Below are positions 1-12,775 of a stretch of DNA of 64,000 nt, one piece after another. Source of the DNA: Gammaproteobacteria bacterium (GTDB lineage Bacteria > Pseudomonadota > Gammaproteobacteria > Eutrophobiales > Eutrophobiaceae); contig CBDCDS010000003.1 of NCBI GenBank assembly GCA_965215365.1, positions 1,472,001-1,536,000 on the forward strand, in the 5' to 3' direction. Each line of letters begins with the position of its first letter. Within the stretch, counting starts at the first letter, position 1. The position numbers and the translations under genes are program-made. The notes beneath the pieces were generated by a model. That model made no database searches, was not told the origin of the DNA, and worked only from the letters and a program-made list of their open reading frames with translations.

Positions 1-969
1 CGCCACTATGCCCATGTGGACTGCCCGGGCCACGCAGACTACGTGAAAAACATGATTACCGGTGCCGCGCAAATGGACGGGGCGGTGCTGGTGGTAAGCG
101 CCGCCGACGGACCCATGCCGCAAACCCGTGAACACATCCTGCTGGCGCGTCAGGTCGGTGTGCCGAAGATTGTGGTGTACCTGAACAAGGCCGACCAGGT
201 CGATGATGCAGAACTGCTGGAACTGGTGGATATGGAAGTGCGGGAACTGCTCGACAGCTATGAGTTCCCGGGCGACGATACCCCCATCATCACCGGCAGC
301 GCGTTACAAGCGCTCAATGGTGATGACACCGAGAACGGCCTCAAATCCATCGAGCGCCTCATCGCCGCAATGGACGACTACATCCCCATCCCGGAACGTC
401 CTGTGGACCAGCCGTTCCTGTTGCCCATAGAAGATGTGTTTTCTATCAGCGGGCGTGGCACCGTTGTCACTGGCCGCGTCGAGCGCGGCATCGTCAAGGT
501 AGGGGAAGAGGTGGAGATCGTGGGCATACGCGACACTTCCAAAACCACCTGTACCGGTGTGGAAATGTTTCGCAAGCTGCTCGACGAAGGTCAGGCGGGT
601 GACAATGTGGGCGTACTGCTGCGCGGCACGAAGCGCACTGATGTCGAGCGCGGTCAGGTGGTTTGTAAACCCGGCAGCATCACGCCGCACACCAAATTTG
701 AGTGCGAGGTATATGTGTTGAGCAAGGACGAGGGAGGACGTCACACGCCGTTTTTCAACAATTATCGACCGCAGTTTTATTTTCGTACCACCGACGTAAC
801 CGGCGCGGTGGATTTGCCGGAAGGTACGGAAATGGTAATGCCGGGCGATAATGTCCGTATGACCGTGGAACTGATATCGCCTATCGCGATGGAAGAGGGC
901 TTGCGTTTTGCGATACGCGAGGGCGGCCGCACCGTAGGCGCCGGCGTAGTCAGCAAAATTATCGAATAG
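1..969 (+). CDS. tuf: Elongation factor Tu (5' end outside window)
   Basis: [21 protein letters not shown] from base 1, NKAD motif, C-terminal [10 protein letters not shown]. Confidence 0.99.
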   Translation, partial: RHYAHVDCPGHADYVKNMITGAAQMDGAVLVVSAADGPMPQTREHILLARQVGVPKIVVYLNKADQVDDAELLELVDMEVRELLDSYEFPGDDTPIITGSALQALNGDDTENGLKSIERLIAAMDDYIPIPERPVDQPFLLPIEDVFSISGRGTVVTGRVERGIVKVGEEVEIVGIRDTSKTTCTGVEMFRKLLDEGQAGDNVGVLLRGTKRTDVERGQVVCKPGSITPHTKFECEVYVLSKDEGGRHTPFFNNYRPQFYFRTTDVTGAVDLPEGTEMVMPGDNVRMTVELISPIAMEEGLRFAIREGGRTVGAGVVSKIIE

Positions 970-1003
970 CCGGTTGCAGCCCGAGTATCCCGGTTGTCTC
1001 AAT

Positions 1004-1079
1004 AGGCCAGTAGCTCAATTGGCAGAGCGGCGGTCTCCAAAACCGCAGGTTGGGGGTTCGATTCCCTCCTGGCCTGCCA
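1004..1079 (+). tRNA. tRNA-Trp (CCA)
   Basis: 76 nt, AGGCCAG/CTGGCCT acceptor stem, anticodon loop CTCCAAA, GTTCGATTC T-loop, encoded CCA end; canonical tuf-trnW-secE position. Confidence 0.97.
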
Positions 1080-1116
1080 ACAGGACACACCGCCTGCGCT
1101 TGGGCGGGTAGCTTGA

Positions 1117-1494
1117 GTGATGAGTTCGGAAACAGTTAACGTGAAGTTTGACCTGGTAAAACTGGTTGTTGCAGGACTTATCGTCATCGCGGCAGTGGTC
1201 GGCTTTTACATTTTTGACGAGCAGTCGACGCCATTGCGGGTCGTCGGCCTGCTGGTATTGACGGGCGTTGCCGCCTGGGTCGGATTGCAGACGGCATCGG
1301 GCCGGAAGTTATGGAGCTTCCTGCAGGAGGCTCAGTTTGAAGTGCGCAAGGTGGTGTGGCCGACGCGTCAGGAAACGCTACAGACCACGTTGCTGGTGAT
1401 GGTGGTGGTGATTGTGGTGGCACTGATATTGTGGGGACTGGACTCGGTACTTGGTTGGGCCATCAGGCAGTTGATCGGCGGGCCGGGAGGGTAA
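1117..1494 (+). CDS. secE: Preprotein translocase subunit SecE
   Basis: Three hydrophobic segments, [13 protein letters not shown] motif, synteny. Confidence 0.97.
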   Translation: MMSSETVNVKFDLVKLVVAGLIVIAAVVGFYIFDEQSTPLRVVGLLVLTGVAAWVGLQTASGRKLWSFLQEAQFEVRKVVWPTRQETLQTTLLVMVVVIVVALILWGLDSVLGWAIRQLIGGPGG

Positions 1495-1498
1495 CCCA

Positions 1499-2032
1499 GT
1501 GGCACTTAAATGGTACGTGGTACAGGCCTATTCCGGCTATGAGCAGAATGTGAGGCGGGCGCTGCTGGAGCGTATTGAGCGCAGCGACCTGAAGGAGCAA
1601 TTTGGCGACATCCTGGTGCCGACCGAGGAAGTCGTGGAGATGCGTGACGGCAAGAAGCGCAAAAGTGATCGTAAATTCTTCCCGGGTTACGTGTTGGTGG
1701 AAATGGAAATGAACGACGCGACCTGGCACCTGGTCAAGGAAGAGCCCCGGGTGCTGGGTTTTATCGGTGGAACGACAGGCCGGCCGGTGCCGATCTCCAG
1801 TGCCGAAGCAGACGCCATCCTGCAACGGGTTGAGGACGGGGTGGACAAACCCAGGCCGAAAGTCCTGTTTGAGCCGGGTGAAGTAGTCCGGGTTAACGAT
1901 GGGCCGTTCACGGATTTTAACGGCGTGGTCGAAGAAGTAAATTATGAAAAGAGTCGATTGCGGGTTTCCGTATTGATATTTGGCCGCTCTACTCCGGTGG
2001 AACTCGAATTCACCCAAGTGGAAAAGGAATAG
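1499..2032 (+). CDS. nusG: Transcription termination/antitermination factor NusG
   Basis: [23 protein letters not shown] domain, [10 protein letters not shown]. Confidence 0.98.
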   Translation: MALKWYVVQAYSGYEQNVRRALLERIERSDLKEQFGDILVPTEEVVEMRDGKKRKSDRKFFPGYVLVEMEMNDATWHLVKEEPRVLGFIGGTTGRPVPISSAEADAILQRVEDGVDKPRPKVLFEPGEVVRVNDGPFTDFNGVVEEVNYEKSRLRVSVLIFGRSTPVELEFTQVEKE

Positions 2033-2071
2033 CGGCCGGTATTGCAGCAAGTAACCTGCGGGAGTGAGACA

Positions 2072-2518
2072 ATGGCAAAGAACACCGGTTCAAAGAAAGT
2101 TATCGCCTCGGTTAAGTTTACCGTGCCGGCCGGCAATGCCAGCCCGAGTCCGCCGGTGGGTCCGGCGTTGGGCCAGCACCAGTTGGGTTTGATGGAGTTT
2201 TGCAAGGCCTTCAACGCGCAGACCCAGAATATGGAACCGGGCTTGCCGATACCGGTCGTCGTCAGCGTTTACCCGGACAAGAAATTCTCGTTCATTACCA
2301 AAACACCGCCGGCGGCCTATCTGCTGAAACGGGCTGCCGGCATTGAAAACGGCAGCGGCGTCCCCAACAAGGATAAGGTTGGCAAAGTGACGCGGGCGCA
2401 ACTGGAAGATATTGCAAGGACCAAGGATCCTGATTTGACTGCCATGGACTTGGACGCGGCGGTGCGCACCATTGCCGGCACAGCGAGAAGCATGGGTATT
2501 GAGACGGAGGTGGCCTGA
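2072..2518 (+). CDS. rplK: 50S ribosomal protein L11
   Basis: [27 protein letters not shown]; ATG at 2072 after GGGAG. Confidence 0.97.
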   Translation: MAKNTGSKKVIASVKFTVPAGNASPSPPVGPALGQHQLGLMEFCKAFNAQTQNMEPGLPIPVVVSVYPDKKFSFITKTPPAAYLLKRAAGIENGSGVPNKDKVGKVTRAQLEDIARTKDPDLTAMDLDAAVRTIAGTARSMGIETEVA

Positions 2519-2519
2519 C

Positions 2520-3209
2520 ATGGCAAAACTATCGAAGCGCGCACGCGCGTTCAAGGAAAAAGTCAATGCCGGACAGGCATACGCTGCGCTGGATGCCCTG
2601 AACCTGCTCAAGGAGAATGCCAGCACAAAGTTTGACGAGACCGTCGAAGTGGCAGTCAACCTGGGCGTGGACCCGAGAAAATCCGACCAGATGGTGCGCG
2701 GTGCCAGCGTCCTGCCGCAAGGCACCGGCAAGGTTGTCAAGGTGGCCGTGTTCGCACAGGGTGAGCAGGCCGATACCGCCCGGGCCGCCGGCGCTGAATA
2801 TGTGGGCCTGCAGGATCTGGCTGAACAGGTGCAGGCCGGAATGATGGATTTTAACGTCGCCATCGCCGCGCCGGATGCCATGCCGATAGTGGGCAAGCTG
2901 GGCAAGCTGCTGGGTCCCAGGGGGTTAATGCCCAACCCGAAAGTCGGCACTGTAACCAAAGATGTCGGTCAGGCCGTGACCAATGCAAAAGCCGGCCAAG
3001 TGCGGTACCGGACGGACAAGAACGGCATTATCCATTGCGGGATAGGCAAGGCCTCATTTGCTGCAGATGCGCTCAAACAGAATCTGGACACACTGCTGAC
3101 CGATCTGAAAAAAGCGAAACCCGGCGCGGCCAAAGGTATTTACCTGAAAAAAATCAGCCTTTCGACCACTATGGGCTCCAGCGTTGTGGTTGACCAGGCG
3201 AGCCTGTAA
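2520..3209 (+). CDS. rplA: 50S ribosomal protein L1
   Basis: [28 protein letters not shown]. Confidence 0.98.
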   Translation: MAKLSKRARAFKEKVNAGQAYAALDALNLLKENASTKFDETVEVAVNLGVDPRKSDQMVRGASVLPQGTGKVVKVAVFAQGEQADTARAAGAEYVGLQDLAEQVQAGMMDFNVAIAAPDAMPIVGKLGKLLGPRGLMPNPKVGTVTKDVGQAVTNAKAGQVRYRTDKNGIIHCGIGKASFAADALKQNLDTLLTDLKKAKPGAAKGIYLKKISLSTTMGSSVVVDQASL

Positions 3210-3225
3210 TCGGGAGACAAGGTTT

Positions 3226-3750
3226 ATGGCTCTGACACTGGAACAGAAGCAGGCTATCGTGGCGGAAGTCGCGGCGATAGCAGCCACCGCCCCCGCCGCT
3301 GTTGCGGCGGAATACACGGGGTTGAACGTGGCCAAAATGACGGCGTTACGGCGTTCGGCCCGGGAGTCCGGCATTTATCTCAAGGTGGTGCGCAACACCT
3401 TGGCGCGCCGTGCCTTCGAGGGTACCCAATTCGATTGTATGAGCAGCACGCTCAGCGGACCGCTGTTGTTGGCTTTTTCCAACGCAGAGCCGGGTTCGGC
3501 CGCAAAGGTCATACGAGACTTCGCTCAAGACAACGAACAACTGGTGGTCAGGCTCATTGCCTTGGACGGCCGCTTGCTGGACGCTACAGAAATCGAAAAT
3601 GTTGCAAATATGCCGTCCTTAGAGCAGGCGCGTGCCATGCTGCTGAGCCTGTTGCAGGCCCCGCTTGGCAAGTTCCTGCGCGTCCTGTCTGAGCCGGAGG
3701 GGAAATTCCTGCGCCTGCTTGACGCTCGCCGCGAACAACAAACCACGTAA
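3226..3750 (+). CDS. rplJ: 50S ribosomal protein L10
   Basis: MALTLEQKQAIVAEV, KVVRNTLARRA; GGGAG RBS. Confidence 0.96.
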   Translation: MALTLEQKQAIVAEVAAIAATAPAAVAAEYTGLNVAKMTALRRSARESGIYLKVVRNTLARRAFEGTQFDCMSSTLSGPLLLAFSNAEPGSAAKVIRDFAQDNEQLVVRLIALDGRLLDATEIENVANMPSLEQARAMLLSLLQAPLGKFLRVLSEPEGKFLRLLDARREQQTT

Positions 3751-3775
3751 TTACACAAGAGTATAGGAGTAGAAA

Positions 3776-4156
3776 ATGTCTGTCTCAAAAGATGAAATCA
3801 AACAGGCCTTAAGCAGTATGCCGGTGCTGGACCTGGTAGGCCTTATCTCGGAACTGGAAGAAGAATGGGGTGTCAGTGCCGCGGCCCCCGTCGCCGCGGT
3901 GGCCGCGGCCGGGCCTGCCGCCGCCGCGGAAGAGGCTGAGGAGCAGACCGAATTTGACGTGGTACTGAGTAGCTTCGGCAGCAACAAGGTGCCGGTGATC
4001 AAGGTTGTGCGCGCCTTGACCGGCATGGGGTTGAAAGAAGCCAAAGAGCTGGTGGAGGGCGCCCCGGCGCCCGTCAGAGAAGGAGTAGCCAAGGAAGAGG
4101 CTGAGGAAGCGAAAGCAAAACTGGAAGAGGCCGGCGCCACGGTTGAGCTTAAATAG
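3776..4156 (+). CDS. rplL: 50S ribosomal protein L7/L12
   Basis: Ala-rich hinge, [28 protein letters not shown]. Confidence 0.98.
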   Translation: MSVSKDEIKQALSSMPVLDLVGLISELEEEWGVSAAAPVAAVAAAGPAAAAEEAEEQTEFDVVLSSFGSNKVPVIKVVRALTGMGLKEAKELVEGAPAPVREGVAKEEAEEAKAKLEEAGATVELK

Positions 4157-4218
4157 TTCGACTCTGGTGCGTTCTTCGACAAAGGTTGTTTTACCCTGCT
4201 GTGCAGGAGGCAATGCCC

Positions 4219-4243
4219 GGGGCAGGTCCGGTCTGCCCCTTTT
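4219..4243 (+). terminator. rplL-rpoB attenuator-like hairpin
   Basis: GGGGCAG-7nt-CTGCCCC followed by TTTT in the rplL-rpoB spacer. Confidence 0.6.
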
Positions 4244-4318
4244 GCGCGTGCGGCGTAATACAACGACGCGGTGGCTGACTGTCCCCGTCCATCTTCCTTT
4301 TCCCATTGATGAGAGCGC

Positions 4319-7300
4319 GTGATGACCTACTCCTACACTGAAAAAAAACGCCTGCGCAAAGATTTCGGCAAAAGACAAGGTGTCTTGGCTGTGCCTTATC
4401 TGCTGGCGACCCAGAAACGTTCCTACGAATTATTTTTGCAATCCGGCGCGGCGCCCGAGGCGCGCGCCGACGCCGGTCTGGAAGCTGTATTGAACTCGGT
4501 TTTCCCGATGAACAGCTATTCCGGCAATGCCGCCCTGGAGTATGTCAGTTACCGGCTGGATACCCCCACCTTTGATGTCAAGGAATGTAAAATGCGCGGG
4601 ACCACCTATGCTGCACCGCTGAAGGTCAAGGTGCGCCTGATCATCTACGACAAAGAAGCCGGTTTGAGCAACAAGGTAGTCAAGGACATCAGGGAGCAGG
4701 AAGTCTATATGGGCGAGCTGCCGCTGATGACGGAAACCGGCACCTTCGTAATCAACGGCACCGAGCGGGTGATCGTGTTCCAGCTGCACCGCTCCCCCGG
4801 CGTGTTTTTTGAAAGCGACAAGGGCAAGACCCACTCATCGGGGAAACTGCTTTACTCGGCGCGCGTAATTCCTTATCGCGGCTCCTGGCTGGACTTCGAA
4901 TTTGACCCGAAGGATATTGTCTATTGCCGTATCGACCGGCGCCGCAAGATCCTGGCTACGATACTACTGCAGGCTCTGGGCTATACTCCCCAGGATATCC
5001 TGGAGGTCTTTTTTGAAACAGATCGGTTCAGGCTTGAGAAAGGCAGGATTTATCTGAACCTGATTGCTGAACGCCTGCGCGGCGAAACGGTCAGTTTCGA
5101 CATTGCGGACAAAGATGGCAACGTCATCGTGGAAAGTGAGAAGCGCATTACCGTCAGGCATATCCGTAATATTGAAAAAGCCGGCATAAAGGAACTGGAA
5201 GTGCCCGCTGAACACCTGCTGGGCAGGGTGCTGGGCCGGGATGTGGTTGACATGGAGACCGGGGAAATTGTGGCGCCGGTCAACGCAGAGATAACCGCGG
5301 AGGTGTTGGAGCGTTTTCACAAGCTGGGCAAGCTGGAACTGGAAACCCTGTTTATCAACGACCTGAATTGCGGCCCGTTTATGGCCGATACGCTACGTAT
5401 GGATACCACCTTGTCGCAGCAGGATGCGCAGGTGGAAATTTATCGGGTCATGCGTCCGGGTGAGCCGCCGACAAAAGAATCTGCCGAAAATCTGTTCAAG
5501 AACCTGTTTTTCTCGCTGGATCGGTATGACTTGTCCGCCGTCGGACGCATGAAATTCAATCGTCGGGTCAGTCGTGAGCAAGCCACCGGTCCGGGCGTCC
5601 TCTATGACGGAAAATACTTCGGCCAGCAGGATGATGAGCTGTCCAGAAATATATGCTCGGAATTAGGTGAGAGTTCGGACATCGTTGACGTGTTGCAGAC
5701 CTTGCTGGATATTCGCAACGGCAAGGGTTCCGTCGATGATATCGACCACTTGGGCAACCGCCGGGTGAGAAGCGTGGGTGAAATGGTGGAAAACCAGTTC
5801 CGTATCGGGTTGGTGCGGTTGGAGAGAGCAGTTAAGGAGCGTCTCAGTCTGGCCGAATCCGAGGGATTGATGCCCCAAGAGATCATCAATGCGAAGCCCG
5901 TATCGGCAGTGGTCAGGGAGTTTTTCGGCTCCAGCCAGCTATCCCAGTTCATGGACCAGAACAACCCGTTATCCGAAATTACTCATAAGCGACGCATCTC
6001 CGCGCTGGGGCCGGGCGGATTGACGCGCGAGCGAGCCGGGTTTGAAGTCCGGGATGTGCATCCGACCCACTATGGCCGGTTGTGCCCCATTGAAACCCCG
6101 GAGGGCCCCAACATTGGCCTCATCAACTCCCTGGCGGTCTATGCGCGCACTAACGAGTACGGTTTTCTGGAAACGCCTTATCGCAAAGTGGAAGGCGGCA
6201 AGGTATCCGGCGAGATTGAATATCTCTCCGCCATCGAAGAGGGTGACTACATCATTGCTCAGGCCAACTCCAACCTCGACGAGCAGGGCCGGTTTGTTGA
6301 TGACCTGATTTCATGCCGGAACCAGAATGAGTTTACCATGTCCACACCGGACCGCGTTGAATATATGGATGTGTCGCCCCGGCAGATTGTCTCGGTGGCC
6401 GCAGCATTGATACCCTTCCTGGAACATGATGATGCCAACCGGGCCTTGATGGGTTCCAACATGCAACGTCAGGCGGTGCCGACCATGCGTGCGGAGAAAC
6501 CACTGGTAGGCACCGGTATTGAGCGCACCGTGGCCAAAGACTCTGGCGTAACGGTGAACGCCGGACGCGGCGGTATCGTCGACTCTGTCGATGCCGCCCG
6601 CATCGTAGTGCGGGTGAGTGATGATGAGATAGTGCCCGGCGAGCCCGGCGTTGATATCTACAACCTCGTCAAATATACCCGTTCCAACCAGAACACCTGT
6701 ATCAACCAGAAGCCGTTGGTCAAAACCGGTGACGTTATCGCCGCCGGAGATGTGCTGTCCGACGGCCCGGCAACCGACCTCGGAGAGTTGGCGTTGGGGC
6801 AGAACCTGATGGTCGCGTTCATGCCGTGGAACGGCTATAACTTCGAGGACTCCATCCTCATTTCCGAACGTCTGGTGACGGAGGAACGCTACACCAGCAT
6901 TCATATTGAAGAACTGGTCTGCGTGGCGCGCGATATCAAACTCGGCCCGGAAGAGATTTCCGCGGATATTCCCAACGTGAGTGAGAGCGCACTGGGCAAA
7001 CTGGACGAATCCGGCATCGTATTCATCGGTGCTGAAGTGCGTCCGGGAGACATCCTGGTGGGCAAGGTGACACCGAAAGGGGAAACACAACTCACCCCGG
7101 AGGAGAAGTTGCTGCGGGCTATTTTTGGTGAGAAAGCCTCTGACGTGAAGGACACCTCCCTGCGCGTGCCTTCGGGCATGAACGGCACAGTCATTGACGT
7201 ACAGGTGTTTACCCGTGACGGCGTGCCCAAGGATGACCGCGCCATGGAAATAGAAGAGACCGAACTGAACCGGGTAAGAAAGGACTTGAACGACCAGTTG

Positions 7301-8464
7301 CGCATTATGGAGGACGGCATTTATCAGCGTCTCGAGCGCCAACTGGTGGGACAGAAGGTACAGGGTGGCCCCGATGGTTTCAAACGCGGCACTGTCATAA
7401 CGAGCGCTGCCCTGGCACAGACGCCACGTGATAAGTGGTTCGAGATCCGTTTCCGCGGTAACGAATTGAGCCGCCTGCTGGAGCGCACCTCGGAGCAGTT
7501 ACACCAGCTCCGGGAAAAATTTGACGAGCTGTTCAAGGACAAGCGCGACAAGCTGACTTCCGGCGATGATCTAGCGCCCGGCGTACTGAAAATCGTCAAG
7601 GTGTATCTTGCCGTCAAGCGGCACATCCAGCCGGGCGATAAAATGGCGGGCCGGCACGGCAATAAAGGAGTTATTTCCACCATTATCCCGGTTGAGGACA
7701 TGCCCTATCTGCAGGATGGCACGCCGGTGGACATCGTGCTCAACCCCTTGGGCGTGCCGTCCCGGATGAATGTGGGTCAGGTTTTGGAAACCCACCTGGG
7801 CTGGGCGGCCAAGGGACTGGGCCAGCGCATCGGCGCTATGCTCGCTGCACAGGAGGGCATTGGCAAGTTGCGCGGCTTGCTGGATCAGATCTATAACGAA
7901 AGCGGCGGCAAGAACGAACAGCTGGAACTGTTGTCAGACGACGAAATACTGCAACTGGCTGCGAACCTCAAGGACGGAGTGCCCATAGCCACGCCGGTTT
8001 TTGACGGTGCCAGTGAGACGGAAATCAAGGACCTGCTGGAACTGGCGGGACTGAGCCGCAACGGCCAGAGCATACTCTATGACGGCAGGACTGGCGACGC
8101 GTTCGACCGCCCGATCACCGTTGGCTACATGTACATGTTGAAGCTTAACCATCTGGTCGATGACAAGATGCACGCCCGTTCTACCGGCCCCTACAGTCTG
8201 GTTACCCAGCAACCGCTGGGCGGCAAGGCGCAATTCGGCGGTCAGCGTTTTGGCGAAATGGAGGTCTGGGCGCTGGAGGCTTACGGCGCGGCTTACACCT
8301 TGCAGGAAATGTTGACAGTCAAGTCTGATGACGTGAACGGCCGTACCAAAATGTACAAGAACATCGTTGACGGCGGCCACTATATCGAAGCCGGTATGCC
8401 TGAGTCCTTTAACGTGTTGTTAAAGGAAATCAAGTCCCTGGGCATAGACATAGACCTTGAGTGA
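4319..8464 (+). CDS. rpoB: RNA polymerase beta subunit
   Basis: [34 protein letters not shown]; start GTG 4319 or ATG 4322. Confidence 0.99.
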   Translation: MMTYSYTEKKRLRKDFGKRQGVLAVPYLLATQKRSYELFLQSGAAPEARADAGLEAVLNSVFPMNSYSGNAALEYVSYRLDTPTFDVKECKMRGTTYAAPLKVKVRLIIYDKEAGLSNKVVKDIREQEVYMGELPLMTETGTFVINGTERVIVFQLHRSPGVFFESDKGKTHSSGKLLYSARVIPYRGSWLDFEFDPKDIVYCRIDRRRKILATILLQALGYTPQDILEVFFETDRFRLEKGRIYLNLIAERLRGETVSFDIADKDGNVIVESEKRITVRHIRNIEKAGIKELEVPAEHLLGRVLGRDVVDMETGEIVAPVNAEITAEVLERFHKLGKLELETLFINDLNCGPFMADTLRMDTTLSQQDAQVEIYRVMRPGEPPTKESAENLFKNLFFSLDRYDLSAVGRMKFNRRVSREQATGPGVLYDGKYFGQQDDELSRNICSELGESSDIVDVLQTLLDIRNGKGSVDDIDHLGNRRVRSVGEMVENQFRIGLVRLERAVKERLSLAESEGLMPQEIINAKPVSAVVREFFGSSQLSQFMDQNNPLSEITHKRRISALGPGGLTRERAGFEVRDVHPTHYGRLCPIETPEGPNIGLINSLAVYARTNEYGFLETPYRKVEGGKVSGEIEYLSAIEEGDYIIAQANSNLDEQGRFVDDLISCRNQNEFTMSTPDRVEYMDVSPRQIVSVAAALIPFLEHDDANRALMGSNMQRQAVPTMRAEKPLVGTGIERTVAKDSGVTVNAGRGGIVDSVDAARIVVRVSDDEIVPGEPGVDIYNLVKYTRSNQNTCINQKPLVKTGDVIAAGDVLSDGPATDLGELALGQNLMVAFMPWNGYNFEDSILISERLVTEERYTSIHIEELVCVARDIKLGPEEISADIPNVSESALGKLDESGIVFIGAEVRPGDILVGKVTPKGETQLTPEEKLLRAIFGEKASDVKDTSLRVPSGMNGTVIDVQVFTRDGVPKDDRAMEIEETELNRVRKDLNDQLRIMEDGIYQRLERQLVGQKVQGGPDGFKRGTVITSAALAQTPRDKWFEIRFRGNELSRLLERTSEQLHQLREKFDELFKDKRDKLTSGDDLAPGVLKIVKVYLAVKRHIQPGDKMAGRHGNKGVISTIIPVEDMPYLQDGTPVDIVLNPLGVPSRMNVGQVLETHLGWAAKGLGQRIGAMLAAQEGIGKLRGLLDQIYNESGGKNEQLELLSDDEILQLAANLKDGVPIATPVFDGASETEIKDLLELAGLSRNGQSILYDGRTGDAFDRPITVGYMYMLKLNHLVDDKMHARSTGPYSLVTQQPLGGKAQFGGQRFGEMEVWALEAYGAAYTLQEMLTVKSDDVNGRTKMYKNIVDGGHYIEAGMPESFNVLLKEIKSLGIDIDLE

Positions 8465-8475
8465 GGTAGCGAACA

Positions 8476-11400
8476 TTGAAAGATTTATTAAAGCTGTTAA
8501 AGCAACAGAATCAGCTTGATGAATTCGACGTCATTGCCATCGGTCTGGCGTCGCCGGAAAAAATACGTTCCTGGTCCATGGGCGAGGTGAAAAAACCGGA
8601 AACCATCAATTACCGGACGTTCAAGCCCGAGCGAGACGGCTTGTTCTGTGCCAAAATTTTTGGCCCCGTGAAAGATTACGAGTGCCTCTGCGGCAAGTAC
8701 AAGCGTCTGAAACACCGCGGCGTGAAGTGTGAAAAATGCGGCGTCGAGGTCACCCTGTCCAAAGAGCGGCGGGAACGTATGGGACATATCGAGCTGGCCA
8801 GCCCGGTGGCGCATATCTGGTACCTGAAATCCCTCCCATCCCGCATGGGACTGTTGCTGGATATGACGCTGCGAGAAATAGAACGGGTATTGTACTTTGA
8901 AGCTTATGTGGTCATCGAACCGGGCATGACCCAACTCGAGCGTGGGCAATTACTGACAGAAGAGAGCTACCTAGAGGCCATTGAAGAATACGGCGATGAG
9001 TTCGAGGCAAAAATGGGCGCTGAGGCCATTCGCGAGCTGCTTGCCAACATCGACCTGAGCGTGGAGATAGAGCAGTTACGGGTTGAGATACCGCAGACCA
9101 AATCCGAAACCAAGCTGAAAAAAATGTCAAAACGCCTGAAACTGCTGGAAGCGTTTCAGCGTTCCGGCAACCAGCCCAAGTGGATAGTTATGGAAGTGTT
9201 GCCGGTGTTGCCGCCTGATTTGCGGCCGCTGGTGCCGCTGGATGGCGGCCGTTTTGCCACGTCTGACCTGAATGACCTGTATCGCCGCGTCATCAACCGT
9301 AATAACCGCTTAAAACGCCTGCTCGACTTAAATGCGCCGGACATCATCGTGCGTAACGAGAAGCGCATGTTGCAGGAAGCGGTGGATGCGCTGCTGGATA
9401 ATGGCCGGCGCGGCAGGGCTATCACCGGCACCAACAAGCTGCCATTGAAGTCCTTAGCCGACATGATCAAGGGCAAGCAGGGGCGTTTTCGCCAGAACCT
9501 GCTGGGCAAGCGTGTCGATTATTCGGGACGCTCCGTGATCGTGGTAGGCCCCACCCTCAAGCTGCATCAGTGTGGGTTGCCCAAAAAAATGGCACTGGAA
9601 TTATTCAAGCCTTTCATTTTCAATAAGTTACAAGGCCGCGGGCTGGCGACAACCATCAAGGCGGCGAAAAAGCTAGTGGAAAGAGAGGGGACGGAAGTCT
9701 GGGATATTCTCGATGAGGTCATCCGCGAGCATCCGGTCATGCTGAACCGGGCACCTACCTTGCACCGGCTCGGAATCCAGGCCTTTGAGCCGATCCTGAT
9801 CGAGGGCAAGGCGATCCAGCTGCATCCACTGGTCTGTACCGCGTTCAACGCGGATTTTGACGGTGACCAGATGGCCGTGCATGTGCCACTTTCCATTGAA
9901 GCGCAACTGGAATTGCGCACCCTGATGATGTCCACCAATAATATCCTGTCACCGGCCAATGGCGAGCCGATTATCGTGCCGACCCAGGATGTGGTGCTGG
10001 GGCTGTATTACATGACCCGCGAGTCCGCCGGGGCTAGGGGCTCAGGCAAGAGTTTCGTTGACGTGAGCGAAGTGCACCGCGCTTACGAATGCGGTGCGGT
10101 GGACCTGCATGCCCGGATCAGCGTGCGTATCAAGCAGGTTGCACGGAGCAACGACAACGCTGAGCCGGCGCGTTATGAACGGGTGGACACCACGGTAGGG
10201 CGGGCGCTGCTGTCGCGCATCCTGCCTGAGGAACTGCCGTTTTCCCTGGTCAATCAGGTACTCAACAAACGCTCTATTTCCAGGCTGGTCAATGTCTGCT
10301 ACCGTCGTCTGGGCCTGAAAACTTCGGTGATATTCTCCGATCGCCTGATGTATGCCGGCTTTCACTATTCAACCCGCGCCGGTGTCTCTTTCGGCGTTGA
10401 TGACATGGTGGTGCCAGAAGTCAAGGGCAGCATCATCAGCGAGACCGAAGCACAGGTTAAACAGTTTGAGCAGCAATATATTGACGGGCTGATCACCACC
10501 GGTGAACGCTACAACAAGGTGGTTGACATCTGGTCCCATGCCAATGATCAGGTCGCCAAGGCGATGATGGAAAAACTGGGCGTGGACACGGTCCAGGATC
10601 GGGACGGCAAAGCTGTGGACGAGCCGTCCTTCAATTCAATTTTTATGATGGCGGATTCCGGCGCGCGCGGCTCTGCCGCGCAGATCCGGCAACTGGCCGG
10701 CATGCGCGGGCTGATGGCGAAACCGGATGGTTCCATTATCGAAACACCGATTACTGCAAACTTCCGGGAAGGTTTGAATGTGCTGCAGTATTTCATATCC
10801 ACCCACGGCGCGCGCAAGGGTCTGGCCGACACGGCCCTGAAAACCGCCAATTCCGGCTACCTGACCCGACGGCTGGTGGACGTGGCCCAGGATCTGGTCG
10901 TGGCTGAGGAAGATTGCGGCACGCAGGCCGGCGTCCGCATGACTTCCTTAATTGAAGGCGGAGATGTTGTCGAACCACTGCGGGAGAGAGTTCTGGGCCG
11001 GGTGCTGGCTGCTGACGTGACGAGGCCCGGAGAGCCTGAGGAGGTGATTATTCCCGCCGGCACGCTGCTGGATGAAAAACTGGTCGAAGTGCTGGATGAA
11101 AACGGTGTGGACGAGGTGGAAGTGCGGTCGGCCATTACCTGTGAGACCCGTTACGGCATTTGTGCGATGTGTTACGGCAGGGATCTGGCCCGAGGCCATC
11201 TGGCCAATATCGGCGAGGCGGTCGGCGTAGTCGCAGCGCAGTCCATCGGCGAACCCGGCACGCAGCTGACCATGCGCACGTTTCATATCGGCGGCGCCGC
11301 GTCCAGGGCGGCTGCGATCAGCAGCATCGAGGTCAAATATGGCGGCAGTGTGCGCCTAGACAACGTCAAGCTGCTGGAACAGGAGAGCGGCAACCGGGTT

Positions 11401-12735
11401 GTAGTCTCGCGTTCCGGTGACGTTTCCCTACTCGATGAGGTAGGCAGAGAACGCGAACGCTACAAACTTCCCTATGGCGCAGTGCTGACGGTGCAGGGGG
11501 GTGATACGGTCGAGCCCGGCGTTAAAATTGCCAGTTGGGATCCGCATACGCATCCGGTCATATCCGAGGTCTCAGGCCATGTCCAGTTCGCTGACATCGT
11601 TGAAGGCGAGACTGTCTCCCGGCATGTGGATGATATTACCGGCCTGACCAACATGATGATCATGGACCCCAAGGAGCGCCCCAGAGACGCCAGAGAATTG
11701 CGCCCGACCGTCATCCTGATGGATGCAAAAGGGGTACAGTTGAACTTTCCGGGAACAGACATTCCTGCGCATTACCCGCTGCCGCCCAAGGCCTTGATTA
11801 CCGTCACCGCCGGCGCCGAGGTCAAGGTAGGCGATGTGGTGGCTAAAATGCCGCAGGAATCCCTGAAAACCCGCGACATTACCGGTGGCTTGCCGCGGGT
11901 GGCGGATCTGTTCGAGGCAAGAAAGCCCAAGGAACCGGGGCTCCTGGCCGAAGCCACCGGCACAGTCAGCTTTGGCAAGGATACCAAAGGCAAGCAACGC
12001 CTGATCATCACCGACCGCCACGGCGAGAGCAACGAATTACTGATTCCGAAATGGCGTCATATCAACGTGTTTGAGGGAGAACAGGTGGAAAAGGGCGATA
12101 CGGTCGTCGATGGGCCGCCGACCCCCCACGATATCCTCAGGTTGCAAGGGGTGCACGCACTGGCGAACTATATCGTGAATGAAATTCAGGAGGTCTATCG
12201 CCTGCAGGGTGTGAAGATCAACGATAAACACATCGAGGTCATCGTGCGGCAGATGCTGCGCAAGGTGGAAATCACAGAAACCGGAGAGTCGGTCTTCCTC
12301 AAGGGTGAACAAACGGAAAAAGCACTGGTGATGGAGGAGAACGAACGGTTGCGCGCCGAAGACAAGCTGGAGGCACAATGGGAACCGGTGCTGCTGGGCA
12401 TCACCAAAGCCTCCTTGTCAACGGAGTCGTTTATATCGGCGGCATCATTCCAGGAAACCACGCGGGTGCTGACCGAGGCCAGCGTTAACGGCAAACGGGA
12501 CGACCTGCGCGGCTTGAAAGAGAACGTTATCGTCGGCCGCCTGATCCCAGCCGGCACCGGTCTTGCCTACCATTCCGAGCGCAAGAAGAAACGTCTGGAA
12601 GATGAGCTCGAAGTGCAGGAAGGCATTGCTGAAGAGGCGCTGGCGAGCGAAGCTGACGTTGATGAAAGCGAAGTCATCATGCTGACCCCGGCAACGGAAG
12701 AACCCGTGCCAATGGCCGGCACTCTTTCGAATTAA
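8476..12735 (+). CDS. rpoC: RNA polymerase beta' subunit
   Basis: [12 protein letters not shown] catalytic motif, zinc fingers; TTG start after GAGG. Confidence 0.99.
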   Translation: MKDLLKLLKQQNQLDEFDVIAIGLASPEKIRSWSMGEVKKPETINYRTFKPERDGLFCAKIFGPVKDYECLCGKYKRLKHRGVKCEKCGVEVTLSKERRERMGHIELASPVAHIWYLKSLPSRMGLLLDMTLREIERVLYFEAYVVIEPGMTQLERGQLLTEESYLEAIEEYGDEFEAKMGAEAIRELLANIDLSVEIEQLRVEIPQTKSETKLKKMSKRLKLLEAFQRSGNQPKWIVMEVLPVLPPDLRPLVPLDGGRFATSDLNDLYRRVINRNNRLKRLLDLNAPDIIVRNEKRMLQEAVDALLDNGRRGRAITGTNKLPLKSLADMIKGKQGRFRQNLLGKRVDYSGRSVIVVGPTLKLHQCGLPKKMALELFKPFIFNKLQGRGLATTIKAAKKLVEREGTEVWDILDEVIREHPVMLNRAPTLHRLGIQAFEPILIEGKAIQLHPLVCTAFNADFDGDQMAVHVPLSIEAQLELRTLMMSTNNILSPANGEPIIVPTQDVVLGLYYMTRESAGARGSGKSFVDVSEVHRAYECGAVDLHARISVRIKQVARSNDNAEPARYERVDTTVGRALLSRILPEELPFSLVNQVLNKRSISRLVNVCYRRLGLKTSVIFSDRLMYAGFHYSTRAGVSFGVDDMVVPEVKGSIISETEAQVKQFEQQYIDGLITTGERYNKVVDIWSHANDQVAKAMMEKLGVDTVQDRDGKAVDEPSFNSIFMMADSGARGSAAQIRQLAGMRGLMAKPDGSIIETPITANFREGLNVLQYFISTHGARKGLADTALKTANSGYLTRRLVDVAQDLVVAEEDCGTQAGVRMTSLIEGGDVVEPLRERVLGRVLAADVTRPGEPEEVIIPAGTLLDEKLVEVLDENGVDEVEVRSAITCETRYGICAMCYGRDLARGHLANIGEAVGVVAAQSIGEPGTQLTMRTFHIGGAASRAAAISSIEVKYGGSVRLDNVKLLEQESGNRVVVSRSGDVSLLDEVGRERERYKLPYGAVLTVQGGDTVEPGVKIASWDPHTHPVISEVSGHVQFADIVEGETVSRHVDDITGLTNMMIMDPKERPRDARELRPTVILMDAKGVQLNFPGTDIPAHYPLPPKALITVTAGAEVKVGDVVAKMPQESLKTRDITGGLPRVADLFEARKPKEPGLLAEATGTVSFGKDTKGKQRLIITDRHGESNELLIPKWRHINVFEGEQVEKGDTVVDGPPTPHDILRLQGVHALANYIVNEIQEVYRLQGVKINDKHIEVIVRQMLRKVEITETGESVFLKGEQTEKALVMEENERLRAEDKLEAQWEPVLLGITKASLSTESFISAASFQETTRVLTEASVNGKRDDLRGLKENVIVGRLIPAGTGLAYHSERKKKRLEDELEVQEGIAEEALASEADVDESEVIMLTPATEEPVPMAGTLSN

Positions 12736-12775
12736 GGGCGCCTCTATTACACGAGGTTCCCTTAAGGGCGGCGCC

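Noticed and set aside
4430-12557. Long antisense ORFs over rpoB/rpoC and other core genes
   Set aside because: Shadow frames expected from GC-rich codon usage
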